This document shows positions 19,801 through 28,104 of a stretch of DNA of 45,106 nt, piece by piece. The first letter of the stretch is position 1; each line of letters begins with the position of its first letter. The position numbers and the translations under genes are program-made. Origin of the DNA: Nanobdellota archaeon (GTDB lineage: Archaea > Nanobdellota > Nanobdellia > Pacearchaeales > GW2011-AR1); assembly GCA_020430505.1 (NCBI GenBank), contig JAGQJT010000006.1:1-45106 (forward strand), written 5' to 3'. Below the pieces are notes generated by a model. It did no database searches. It was not told where the DNA came from and was given only the letters and a program-made list of their open reading frames with translations.

Positions 19801-20825
19801 AATTGAGTTCCAATCTCCAAATTCTCACTTAAAACTGTTGATCCCTCCTCTGTCAGATCTGTCGGAGTTACTGCAACAGACCAAACATCACCATTAGAAG
19901 TTTCGTTACTAAAAATTGCTTGAATGCTTTTTCCATTATTGGTGTAATTATAAATTGTTTCAACTTGCCCTTGAGAAAGTTCCCTATCAAAAACAAGAAA
20001 TTCATCTATTTTACCTTCGAATTCTGTACTTCCACTTCCACTAATAACATCTCCAATTACAAACTCACCAGAAGTGTCTGGAAGAGTATAAGTGCAACTT
20101 GATGTAGTATTCACCAAAACTCCGTCTTGATAAATATTACAAACACCAGTAGTAGAATTAAATGTTAAAATAATGTGAGACCAAATAGACCTAAAATCCT
20201 CCAAAGTTAAAACAGATGTTCCATTAACTCTGAAAGTCCACCTATTTGAATTGTAAATGTCAGATACAAACATAATATTCTCAGAAGTATGAGGATTTTC
20301 TACTTCTTTAACAAAAACCGTTTCATAACCTAGATCTGGAGTAGGATACATCCAAAAAGAAACACTAAATCCTTCAGAAAGCGTTAAAGAATCTGAATCT
20401 TCTACAACAATCCTATCATCATTGCCATCAAAAGTATAACAACCTCCAACCTTACACCCAGCAGCATTGGTCCAAGTAGGCACATATCCAGAAGTACCAT
20501 CCCCCAAAGTACCATTATTCCCATATGTAGAATAATCTCTCAACCCTTGAAAAGTTGTGCTACTATAACTCGTATCAAAAGGCATATTTAAAACAGCGAT
20601 ACTTGCCCCATCAACTCTCCAATCAGTAATGTTATAAACAGGATCAGAATCTCCATCAGATGCAGAAAAAATGATGGATAAATTTTCATCAGTGGTATTT
20701 GTTCCAGAAGAAGAATTAATTATCAAATTGCTAACACTTGGAGCCACAGCGAGAACGAAAGAGGAAATTAAAACAATTCCAATTAAAAAAATCAATGCAA
20801 AAACAATTGTACTCTTATTCTTCAT
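16887..20825 (-). CDS. large secreted protein: LamG, parallel beta-helix repeats, LamG
   Basis: Signal MKNKSTIVFALIFLIGIVLISSFVLA. Two copies of the N.TDWR..G.SIAVLNMPFD + LamG module (residues approx 30-320 and 930-1230) flank about 550 aa of N-rich 20-25-aa beta-helix-like repeats (NN.. I.. N.. S patterns, as in NosD/PbH1). Cys-rich C-terminus. Confidence 0.85.
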   Translation of the reverse strand: MKNKSTIVFALIFLIGIVLISSFVLAVAPSVSNLIINSSSGTNTTDENLSIIFSASDGDSDPVYNITDWRVDGASIAVLNMPFDTSYSSTTFQGLRDYSTYGNNGTLGDGTSGYVPTWTNAAGCKVGGCYTFDGNDDRIVVEDSDSLTLSEGFSVSFWMYPTPDLGYETVFVKEVENPHTSENIMFVSDIYNSNRWTFRVNGTSVLTLEDFRSIWSHIILTFNSTTGVCNIYQDGVLVNTTSSCTYTLPDTSGEFVIGDVISGSGSTEFEGKIDEFLVFDRELSQGQVETIYNYTNNGKSIQAIFSNETSNGDVWSVAVTPTDLTEEGSTVLSENLEIGTQFVGDCGTLSSPGTYKLTTNASSTDTCFTISSDNVTLDCQGNYVNYASSSTGYGVVNNGNDNLLIQNCNFNLSSLTVTNSIAVYSYGNVVNTNVKDSNVTIFTEHASTTNNFGIYYYQSLNSLIENVNVSSTSNGYFGYGDYGLYLRDSDNSRVINNEVYTRCYSCYALHLYSSDNITVYNNKFDTDFGRSFGIGNYYSDNCNISNNNVSTTDDDAGGDASFGIFLANSADNNILRNNRVTSLLAPSYVAYSGLGNDVDTSNYAEDYPVLFNDSLSDYVFENLNLSNYGQVLCANCNNVTYRNVTIRNDGLLQGSSTNGFVFDSDIVANTSHGLYFYSSSGYLVNNTNISTLSNDVNPLKLRVGSNNNNFTNNYISEDKNDYAIYLQDSDYLLFENNFIDSGGSNYATLFYGGTDYENFTNNYYNCPNFCLILDSSSYTESYFVNNSFNNGGYPYVVVVYRGNNNYVFVDNDFGGDSFYMNTAASNHTFNITNTSTLGGLYWNQETLNRYYLHDYVDVNATDGVNAVSGANVYAYDNNSVLRDSGTTSASGIERLTVLRDYENYTNSISYNNYTINGTKGMFYDEKSVNVTGYSVVNLTLGNVAPTNPLVEILSSLGTNTSAENLTVIISGSTDVNDDTIYNVTDWRINGTSIAVLNMPFDLNISSVDTNAVRDYSTYGNDGTITFVDNSPVWTNSCKVGGCYSFNRTGYVDLGSDLTFVNFTFSFWVYPHYVGGSKNIVLSKYSGYSNVYLTGDPAYVRTESFTNGQDWGFTSAVVPYDQWTHIAVVRQGDEVSVYLNGSFVENNTIAGADVTQIRYVSQNIASAFNGSIDEVKIFNRTLSPEQVQAIYLNESNGIASSLISSSETIVDENWSVAVTANDLINESETIISENLTILISGTCTYSGSGNWEVDCSDGCNITSEVNVGGNNISITGIGTFTTTANITNYDVLRIEGQDSANICTVRCQGGCFV

Positions 20826-20847
20826 TCTCTATTTTTTCTTTAACCAT

Positions 20848-23800
20848 TTAACAAATTTCTAAAATACTAGTCGCACCATGTATTTTCACGCAAGTTGAAT
20901 TATCATCAATGTAATTATTCGCACTATTTTCAAATACAATTCTCTCCGTTGTAACATTCCCAGTAAAATTTCCTGTTCCAATAACATTCAAAGTATTTTG
21001 TGGAGTAGTAGTTCCAATACCAACATTCCCCCCACTTAAAATTGCAAATTTGGGACTAGAAGTTGCGGAGGTCCCTCCCAAATAAACTGAACCTCCATTA
21101 AGGAACCTTCCATAAACATTGCTTGGGCTTCTAATATAAATATCCCCCCCATCTTCCACCGCACTCAAAATACTATTTCCTCCTGTATCAACAACAAATG
21201 TATCTATCATCGTACCCCCAGAGTTTGGGAATTGAATTGCTCTATTCCTTTCCAAATAAATTTCTCCACCACTAATGTTTGCATTTCCGATTACATTCAA
21301 AGTATTTTGTGGAGTAGTAGTTCCAATTCCAATATTAGTTCCAAGTTGATAAATATTAGAATTATTCAAACTTGTTGTTCCATTCCACATTGGAATATAA
21401 TTTGCAGTTCCTGCTCCAGTCACAGCGCCTAAACCACTAGCGGAAACTGTTGATAAACAATTTCCTCCTTCAATACAAACATCTCCAGTAACATTTATGT
21501 TTCCTCCCACTTCAAGAGCTTCAGAAGGAGAAGTTACATTAATTCCAAAATACCTCTTTCCAGAAAGATACCTAGAAGTAAAAGCTAATCCAGCACTAGT
21601 GTAAAAATCAATTTGATCAGTAGTATGATTATAAATAATTCTTCCAACATCATCATCAAAAATATCTCCAAAATAAATTCCAGAAGAACCTCCACTGAAT
21701 CCAGATTTTTTAAGTTGTATATATGGTTCATCTCTTAGAATAGAAAGAGCATATCCAGGTTTACCATAATCCTCTCCGATTCCAACATTTCCTGTAGAAT
21801 CATCAATGAAGAAATTATTCGCAACACTAAAATTTCCAGTAAAGTTTCCTTCTCCAATAACATTTAAAGTATTCTGGGGTGTAGAAGTTCTAACACCTAA
21901 TCTTTCAAGACTCTCTTCCCATTTTAAATCGAGATCTGAACTCAAGATATCTGAACCAGTCCAATATGCTAACCTTCCTGCAATCCCTCCTCCAGAAACA
22001 TTTCCATTACCAGTGCCAGCATCACTTAAACAATTTCCACCTTCTATACAAATGTCAGTTGTTGCGTTAACAAATCCACCAGAATAAATATCCCCAGTAG
22101 TATTTGAAGAACCGACTACTTTTAAATTTCCTCCAACATCTAACTTGTAAGTGCCAGGTTTTTTTCCTATTCCAACATTCCCCCCAGTATCTAAATAAAT
22201 ATTGGGATTTCCACTATTCCAATCACCTATAGCAAGAGGAATATATGAAGAACCGGTATAGGGAAGAACTCTACCTGTATAAGTCCCTCCATCGTTATAA
22301 ACATATAACTCAACATAACCATTTGCAATACTTGGATGAGCACCAGAACCTGTAGCAAGAACTTGTTGGGACCTTACTGCCCCATTCACTTCTAATTCTT
22401 CATTAGGATTAGCAGTTCCAATTCCGATATTTCCGCTATTCTGATAAATAACCGAATTATTTAAACTAGTTGTGTCATTCCATAAAGGAATTCTTCCAGC
22501 AGTTCCTTCACCAGTTAAAGCGCCAACACTTCCTGCAGAAACTGTTGACAAACAATTTCCTCCATAAGTACAAAAGTCAGAAGCATTAACTTGTCCTGTT
22601 GCAAAATCTCCATAAATTAAATTAGTTGCATTAACATTTGATTGCTGGACTATGAATTTATTACTTGCAGAATTACCAATTCCTGCACCATAACCTATAG
22701 CAACAACATCATTTCCAGAATTTGATTGAAGTGCTGAAAGACCAATTGCAACAGTATTATTTCCTGAACTCAAAGAACCAGAAAAATAACCCAAGGAAGT
22801 AACATTTTCTCCATGAGCAGCATAGTTTGAAGCAGCACCAACAGCAGTTGCATAAGCCCCCCAATTATCATAACCTGCAGTGTACCCAATAAGAGTTGAA
22901 AAATCTCCATAATTATCATTAGCTGCATTGACACCTAAACCAGTAACATAATTTGCAAAATCTGTATTACCAGATAAAGTCCCAACATAAACATCATCTC
23001 CATTGTCTTTAAAGTTTGAAGCGTAAATTGCATAAGATCCCAAATTCAAATTACTTGTAGCACCAATATAAGGAACATAAGAAGCATTGTATGTAGAAGA
23101 CCAAGAAGAATTGTACAAACTAAAATTAGCAGTCCACAAAGGATCAGTTTCTGAACCACTAACAACATCACTTAAACAATTCCCTCCTTCAATACAAACA
23201 TCAGTTGTTGCATTAACAAATCCCCCAGAATAAATATCCCCAGAAATATTTGTAGAACCATTGACAGTTAATCTTTGATTAGCAGAAGAGGTGCCAATTC
23301 CAACATCTCCACTATAGTCAATTAAAAAATCGGTTCTAGCACCAGAGTTTTGACGAACTTCAAAATATCCATTAGGCACAGCATTTGAACCACTAGAATC
23401 AGTAAATAAAATCCCGCTTTCAGAAGCATCACTTACCAAAAAAGCAAGACGATTATAAAGTGATCCTGTTGAAGCGGAAAAAGCCGTATTTCCTGAGCTT
23501 CTTCCAGTTTGAAAATATGTTGTAGTGACTGAATCCGACCAAGTTCCAGTCCACCCATCAAGTCCTCGAAAGATATTTTGATCATTTGCATATAATTTAA
23601 TATCTGTTCTTCCAGTAGAACCAATTATTCCACTTGTAGAATTAAAGTATAAACTATCCCCATTATCTGCTACCTCAAATTGATAATTTGGACTACTAGT
23701 TCCAATACCTACGTTACCTGAGGAATCAATCACTAATCTATCACTTCCCCCAGTTGCTAAACTTATTTTATCAGAATCCATTCTATACATTCCAGTGTTT

Positions 23801-26529
23801 TCATCACCATTAAAGGTATAGGTAACTGCACTTAAACTTGGAGCTTGACTATGATAAATCTTCGCAGCGTTAGAAACACTTCCCCTAAAATTAGATGAAA
23901 ATAAAACTAAATTTCCAATTTGAGAACTTGTCCCACTTGCTTTTATATCCCCTACAACTTCCAACACTTCCGAAGGACTCGTCGTCCCAATACCAACATA
24001 ACCATTTTCATTATCAACAAATAAATCAGTTCCCCCAACACTAAAATTATTGTCTCCCAAAACAACATTCTGGTTTGCTCCAGTGTAAGGAACATAAGAA
24101 TCATTTATTGTTGAATTGACCTCTCCCCAAGAATTTATACAATCTCCATCAATACAAAAACTTCCATTGATATTTGAATTTCCAGAAAGATACAAATCTT
24201 TCCATCTTAAGCTTGAAGAACCTAAATCAAAGGTGGCATCAAAACCTTCTTGAGGAAATAAAGATCCATTTATGTTTAAATTTGAAACTTGCAAAGAACT
24301 AATGTTGTAAACATAAACTGATTGAGCATACAAATCTCCTCCATTTATTGTAACACCTCCTTCACTCCAAGAGCCTCCAAAATTGTAAGTTCCAGTTCCA
24401 TTATCTCCATCATTTCTCAAAAAAGTTGCATCTGCGTAAGCAATAGCTGGAGTTGTTTGGTTATAAGCCCAAGTATCATAAGTTGAATTATATGTTGAAG
24501 ACCAAGAAGAATTATACAAACTAAAATTAGCAGTCCACAAAGGATCGGTTTCAGAACCACTAACAACATTACTCAAACAATTTCCTCCTTCAATACAAAA
24601 ATCAACTTGAGAACTAACATTCCCAAAAAAAGAATAATTATTCACTCCACTAAATGTTGCAGTATCAACGGCATATTTTCCAACTCCAATCTTCAAAGTT
24701 TCTTTTCCAGAAGCAGAAGCATTATACCCACTTATTAATAATTCTTTAGTTACTCCAGAAAAAGGTTCATAATAAAATTCAAATTCTTCAGAAGTTGCAT
24801 TTCCCAAAATCAAGTTAGAACCATTAACTCTCCAGATAAAATCATAACCTGAAGGGGTGGTTCCAAATTCCAATGCTTTTATATCAGTATCCAAATTAAT
24901 TTCTGCAACATTTCCATCTTGAGCATTATTCCAATTAAGAATCATCTCATGAGCCCCAGTATTTTTAAATAAAAGGGTCCCATCATCATCTCCAAAATCA
25001 AGAGTTAAAAGCTGGTCTGGATTCAAAGTTCCAATTCCAACATTTCCATTCATGAAAGAAATGTTTTCCGTATTGACATCAAAATAAGGATAACCATAAA
25101 CCTCCCCCCAATCACCAAATTGTAAAGCAAAATCATTTCCTGCCAAAGTTCCTGCTGCAGTAAATATATTCTCTCCGTCTGAATCTCTAAATGTTGCGAT
25201 ATTAGAACCTGCAACTCCTTCAACACTAAGAGCTCCAGCCTCACCATTTCCTCCAATAGATAACAAAGCAGCGGGAACTGTTGCCCCAATTCCAATATTT
25301 TCTCCACTTTGATAAATAACTGAATTATTCAAACTAGTTGTTCCGTTCCAAACCGGAATATAATTTGCAGTTCCTTCACCCGACAAAGTTCCAAGACCAT
25401 CGGTAACAGAGGATAAACAATTTCCTCCTTCAATACAAACATCAGCTGTTGCATTTACAAATCCACCAGAATAAATATTTCCAGTAAAATTTCCTGTTCC
25501 AAGAACGTTTAAAGTATTTTGAGGGGTTATGGTTCCAATCCCAACTCTACCTGTAGAAGGATCTATGATTAATATTTCATTTCCAGGAGTTTCTCCCCCA
25601 TATCTAAAAGTTCCGTCGCTGAATTTAACTGCAATAGATTCGTCATCCTCAGTAAGCAAACCCAATTCCCCCCCATAAGAATCATCACTTAAAATCAAAT
25701 AACCAACATTATCTTGACCGAATCTAACTTTATCAGAGAAGACATCAAATTCATATTGAGGGTTGTTAGTTCCAATACTTACATAACCAGTATTTGAATT
25801 CACAAAAAAAGTATCCGTATTTACAGTTAAATTTCCACCAACAACCAAATCATTACTTATATCAACATCAGTTACAAAAAGTTTAGAAATTCTATTTCCC
25901 AAACTTCCCAACCATCCAAAAAAACCTGTTCCAGTTGTGGTAATATTTTGAGAACCTAAATCAACATTTGAATCAGCTCCAGAATAAGGCACATAAGAAC
26001 CATTTGCAATACTAGCATTTATCCAGTTAAGATCATTACTAATTTGACTTCCGCTAATCCCAGTTAATTGAGAACCATCTCCAACAAAGTAAGAAGCAGT
26101 TACATTATAACTTCCAAAATCCAAATTAGAATCTACAATCAAACCTGAAGTAGTAGAATTTTTAGTTTGAAAAGAATAAGGACTTCTTGCAATTTTTGAG
26201 TTATTAATTAAAACGCCATCTCTGTAATAACATAAATAATATTGTTCATCAAAATCTAAGTTTACATTTTCCAAATAATAAGAGATAATTCCACGATTAT
26301 CTGTAGTTAAAGTGGTTGAATTAGAGTAAATAACTGGAGAACAATCTGATTCGTTTGAAATATTGAAAACAAAATCAAATGTTCCCGCAGTTATTTCTCC
26401 TGTTGAGGTATCTAAAGTTTGAATATTCAAATGCAACTCATCTAAGACAGTTGCAGAAGAAACAAAACTAAAGAAAAATATAATTGAAATTAAGTAAATT
26501 ACAAAATAAGTAGGAAATTTTTTCACCAT
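20848..26529 (-). CDS. giant secreted fibre-like protein with reiterated GNVGIGT..P...L.V.G and D.CIEGGNCLS modules
   Basis: 1893 aa with signal FVIYLISIIFFFSFVSSA. More than 10 copies of an (N/R)VGIGT(T/S).P motif, of the kind seen in tail-fibre-like proteins. Six copies of [DF]xC(I/T)(E/Y)GGNCLS plus a seventh degenerate one (FCIDGDCINS), four preceded by IYSGGFVNAT. Long internal nucleotide repeats. Confidence 0.85.
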   Translation of the reverse strand: MVKKFPTYFVIYLISIIFFFSFVSSATVLDELHLNIQTLDTSTGEITAGTFDFVFNISNESDCSPVIYSNSTTLTTDNRGIISYYLENVNLDFDEQYYLCYYRDGVLINNSKIARSPYSFQTKNSTTSGLIVDSNLDFGSYNVTASYFVGDGSQLTGISGSQISNDLNWINASIANGSYVPYSGADSNVDLGSQNITTTGTGFFGWLGSLGNRISKLFVTDVDISNDLVVGGNLTVNTDTFFVNSNTGYVSIGTNNPQYEFDVFSDKVRFGQDNVGYLILSDDSYGGELGLLTEDDESIAVKFSDGTFRYGGETPGNEILIIDPSTGRVGIGTITPQNTLNVLGTGNFTGNIYSGGFVNATADVCIEGGNCLSSVTDGLGTLSGEGTANYIPVWNGTTSLNNSVIYQSGENIGIGATVPAALLSIGGNGEAGALSVEGVAGSNIATFRDSDGENIFTAAGTLAGNDFALQFGDWGEVYGYPYFDVNTENISFMNGNVGIGTLNPDQLLTLDFGDDDGTLLFKNTGAHEMILNWNNAQDGNVAEINLDTDIKALEFGTTPSGYDFIWRVNGSNLILGNATSEEFEFYYEPFSGVTKELLISGYNASASGKETLKIGVGKYAVDTATFSGVNNYSFFGNVSSQVDFCIEGGNCLSNVVSGSETDPLWTANFSLYNSSWSSTYNSTYDTWAYNQTTPAIAYADATFLRNDGDNGTGTYNFGGSWSEGGVTINGGDLYAQSVYVYNISSLQVSNLNINGSLFPQEGFDATFDLGSSSLRWKDLYLSGNSNINGSFCIDGDCINSWGEVNSTINDSYVPYTGANQNVVLGDNNFSVGGTDLFVDNENGYVGIGTTSPSEVLEVVGDIKASGTSSQIGNLVLFSSNFRGSVSNAAKIYHSQAPSLSAVTYTFNGDENTGMYRMDSDKISLATGGSDRLVIDSSGNVGIGTSSPNYQFEVADNGDSLYFNSTSGIIGSTGRTDIKLYANDQNIFRGLDGWTGTWSDSVTTTYFQTGRSSGNTAFSASTGSLYNRLAFLVSDASESGILFTDSSGSNAVPNGYFEVRQNSGARTDFLIDYSGDVGIGTSSANQRLTVNGSTNISGDIYSGGFVNATTDVCIEGGNCLSDVVSGSETDPLWTANFSLYNSSWSSTYNASYVPYIGATSNLNLGSYAIYASNFKDNGDDVYVGTLSGNTDFANYVTGLGVNAANDNYGDFSTLIGYTAGYDNWGAYATAVGAASNYAAHGENVTSLGYFSGSLSSGNNTVAIGLSALQSNSGNDVVAIGYGAGIGNSASNKFIVQQSNVNATNLIYGDFATGQVNASDFCTYGGNCLSTVSAGSVGALTGEGTAGRIPLWNDTTSLNNSVIYQNSGNIGIGTANPNEELEVNGAVRSQQVLATGSGAHPSIANGYVELYVYNDGGTYTGRVLPYTGSSYIPLAIGDWNSGNPNIYLDTGGNVGIGKKPGTYKLDVGGNLKVVGSSNTTGDIYSGGFVNATTDICIEGGNCLSDAGTGNGNVSGGGIAGRLAYWTGSDILSSDLDLKWEESLERLGVRTSTPQNTLNVIGEGNFTGNFSVANNFFIDDSTGNVGIGEDYGKPGYALSILRDEPYIQLKKSGFSGGSSGIYFGDIFDDDVGRIIYNHTTDQIDFYTSAGLAFTSRYLSGKRYFGINVTSPSEALEVGGNINVTGDVCIEGGNCLSTVSASGLGAVTGAGTANYIPMWNGTTSLNNSNIYQLGTNIGIGTTTPQNTLNVIGNANISGGEIYLERNRAIQFPNSGGTMIDTFVVDTGGNSILSAVEDGGDIYIRSPSNVYGRFLNGGSVYLGGTSATSSPKFAILSGGNVGIGTTTPQNTLNVIGTGNFTGNVTTERIVFENSANNYIDDNSTCVKIHGATSILEIC

Positions 26530-26674
26530 TCTTTTAAAACCTCAACAAAATGTATTTCTACATTTATCCTACACTTTTTTACTATATAAATATTCCTTTT
26601 ACCTACATTTTACTTACCGTCGAGAAAACAAGAATAATTCAATTAAAAAAATAAATACTATTTTACTTACAGAT

Positions 26675-27910
26675 TTAACAGGTATAATCTGATATAATCC
26701 CTGCATCAAAACTCATGGTACAACTTCCAACATTGTAAGTTCCAGTTAAACCCTCATTTTCTCCGGAAACAAAACCTTCAGAGGCATGTACAAACCCAGA
26801 AACATCAAGAGTGTAACTTGGATAGTTCACACCAATTCCAACAGATTTAGAATCAATTATAAAATCTCCTTGAGCAGCCAATGGATCTTTTTTCACCCAA
26901 AATACTGGAGTATTTTCTAATAAAAATCTCATTTGATGATCATCATGAATATATTGAATTTCTGAAGCTTGAGGACTATCTGGTCTACTAAAAACAATTT
27001 TAGAAACTCCAGATTCTCCTTCAATTCCCAATCTGATTGCACCATTTCCAAGAATATCTAAATCATAATATCCATGTGGATTTTCAGTTCCAATTCCAAC
27101 ATTTCCGTTCATAAATGAAAATTTATTATTTGGAGCATCAATTATTAGTTTAGCTTGGCTTGAAGAATCAAAAGCATCTCCAATCAAAACTCTTCCTTGA
27201 TAGTTTTCTATTAAAAAATCAAATCCGTCATTAAATGCCCATAAACTGCCATAACCTTCATAAAACAAAACTGAAAAAGGATCATTATACATTCCAATTC
27301 CAAAAAAAGAACCTTCATTATCTTCAAAAATAATGGATTCGACAAGCTCATTAAGAGAATTCCATTTAAGAAGATAATATGCATCTTCTATAATTAATTC
27401 ATTTATGGGAGGATTATTTCCTTCACTTGAAGAGGAATATCCCTCACAACTTCCAATTTCATAAACGGATTCCCTCCCAAGAATAGCTTCATCTCCTTCT
27501 CCCCCAAGTATCGGAACCACAACGACTTTTCTAACATTAAAAGGTTTTAAATTATCAAGCATGAACAAAAATTGTTTTTCTTCAAGTTCTTTCAGAGAAT
27601 AATCTGCATCATGAACTTCAGAATTTAAGCAATCAGTAAATAAAAACCTTAATTTTTGAATATTTCCCTTACCCTGATTTCTTTTAACAACAACTTCCGA
27701 TTCATTTTGATCTTCAAAAGCTTGAACTTTTTTTATTTCCAAACTTACAGTAGTTTTACCTAATTCAATTCCAGTCTTAGCTTTTTCTATTACCCCCCGA
27801 GTTACTCCCCAAATTATTCCTGTAGAAACCAAAACTAAAAGAATTATAATCAAAGTGGTCACAATAGTAGCCATGCCTCGAGAATTTTTAAAAAAATAAT
27901 CACCCATCAA
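26675..27910 (-). CDS. putative archaeal type IV pilin-like (class III signal) protein with fibre-head C-terminal module
   Basis: The N-terminus KNSRG/MATIVTTLIIILLVLVSTGIIWG fits a basic-Gly cleavage site followed by a hydrophobic helix. The C-terminal approximately 175 aa are nearly identical to those of 28105..28905 and contain FMNGNVGIGTENP. Confidence 0.7.
   Translation of the reverse strand: MMGDYFFKNSRGMATIVTTLIIILLVLVSTGIIWGVTRGVIEKAKTGIELGKTTVSLEIKKVQAFEDQNESEVVVKRNQGKGNIQKLRFLFTDCLNSEVHDADYSLKELEEKQFLFMLDNLKPFNVRKVVVVPILGGEGDEAILGRESVYEIGSCEGYSSSSEGNNPPINELIIEDAYYLLKWNSLNELVESIIFEDNEGSFFGIGMYNDPFSVLFYEGYGSLWAFNDGFDFLIENYQGRVLIGDAFDSSSQAKLIIDAPNNKFSFMNGNVGIGTENPHGYYDLDILGNGAIRLGIEGESGVSKIVFSRPDSPQASEIQYIHDDHQMRFLLENTPVFWVKKDPLAAQGDFIIDSKSVGIGVNYPSYTLDVSGFVHASEGFVSGENEGLTGTYNVGSCTMSFDAGIISDYTC
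26704..27232. repeat. 529-bp direct repeat, copy A (pairs with 28146-28674)
   Basis: Aligned by eye with a constant offset of 1442 bp at both ends (no indels) and roughly a dozen scattered substitutions. Confidence 0.9.
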
Positions 27911-27947
27911 AAAAAGAAATAAGATACATATATAAATATTCTTATGA

Positions 27948-28070
27948 TGAGCCTACTCGGATTTGAACCGAGGACCTCTGGCTTTCTTAGAGTAAATCTG
28001 TGAAAGTTGTAATTCTCATGAATCACATTCCTATAAGACCAGCGCTCTAACCAGGCTGAGCTATAGGCTC
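27948..28070 (-). tRNA. tRNA-Ile (anticodon UAU) with a 48-nt intron at canonical position 37/38
   Basis: Cloverleaf built by hand. Acceptor GAGCCUA/UAGGCUC (7/7 pairs). D stem GCUC/GAGC. Anticodon stem CUGGU/GCCAG (one G-U). T arm CUCGG-UUCAAAU-CCGAG. Discriminator A, no encoded CCA. Loop C-U-UAU-A then the intron GGAAUGUG...CUAAGAA then A38. CUUA (32-35) can pair with UAAG in the intron, leaving two 3-nt bulges at the splice sites (BHB-like). Confidence 0.8.
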
Positions 28071-28104
28071 ATTAATAATTTTTAATCAGAAGTCTATTTA
28101 AAAC

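Noticed and set aside
5382-25307. Numerous 60-130-aa ORFs on either strand inside the giant genes (for example 5663..6055, 6944..7183, 8088..8318, 10613..10828, 16975..17268, 21806..22087, 25050..25307)
   Set aside because: They are shadow ORFs within long, motif-supported coding regions, with low-complexity translations. They include the (TA)n-like readout of the Gly microsatellite.
20848-26529. The tail-fibre-like giant gene could be part of a prophage
   Set aside because: No capsid, portal, terminase, integrase or baseplate genes are nearby. The neighbours are cellular-type surface proteins with signal peptides, in one co-directional cluster.
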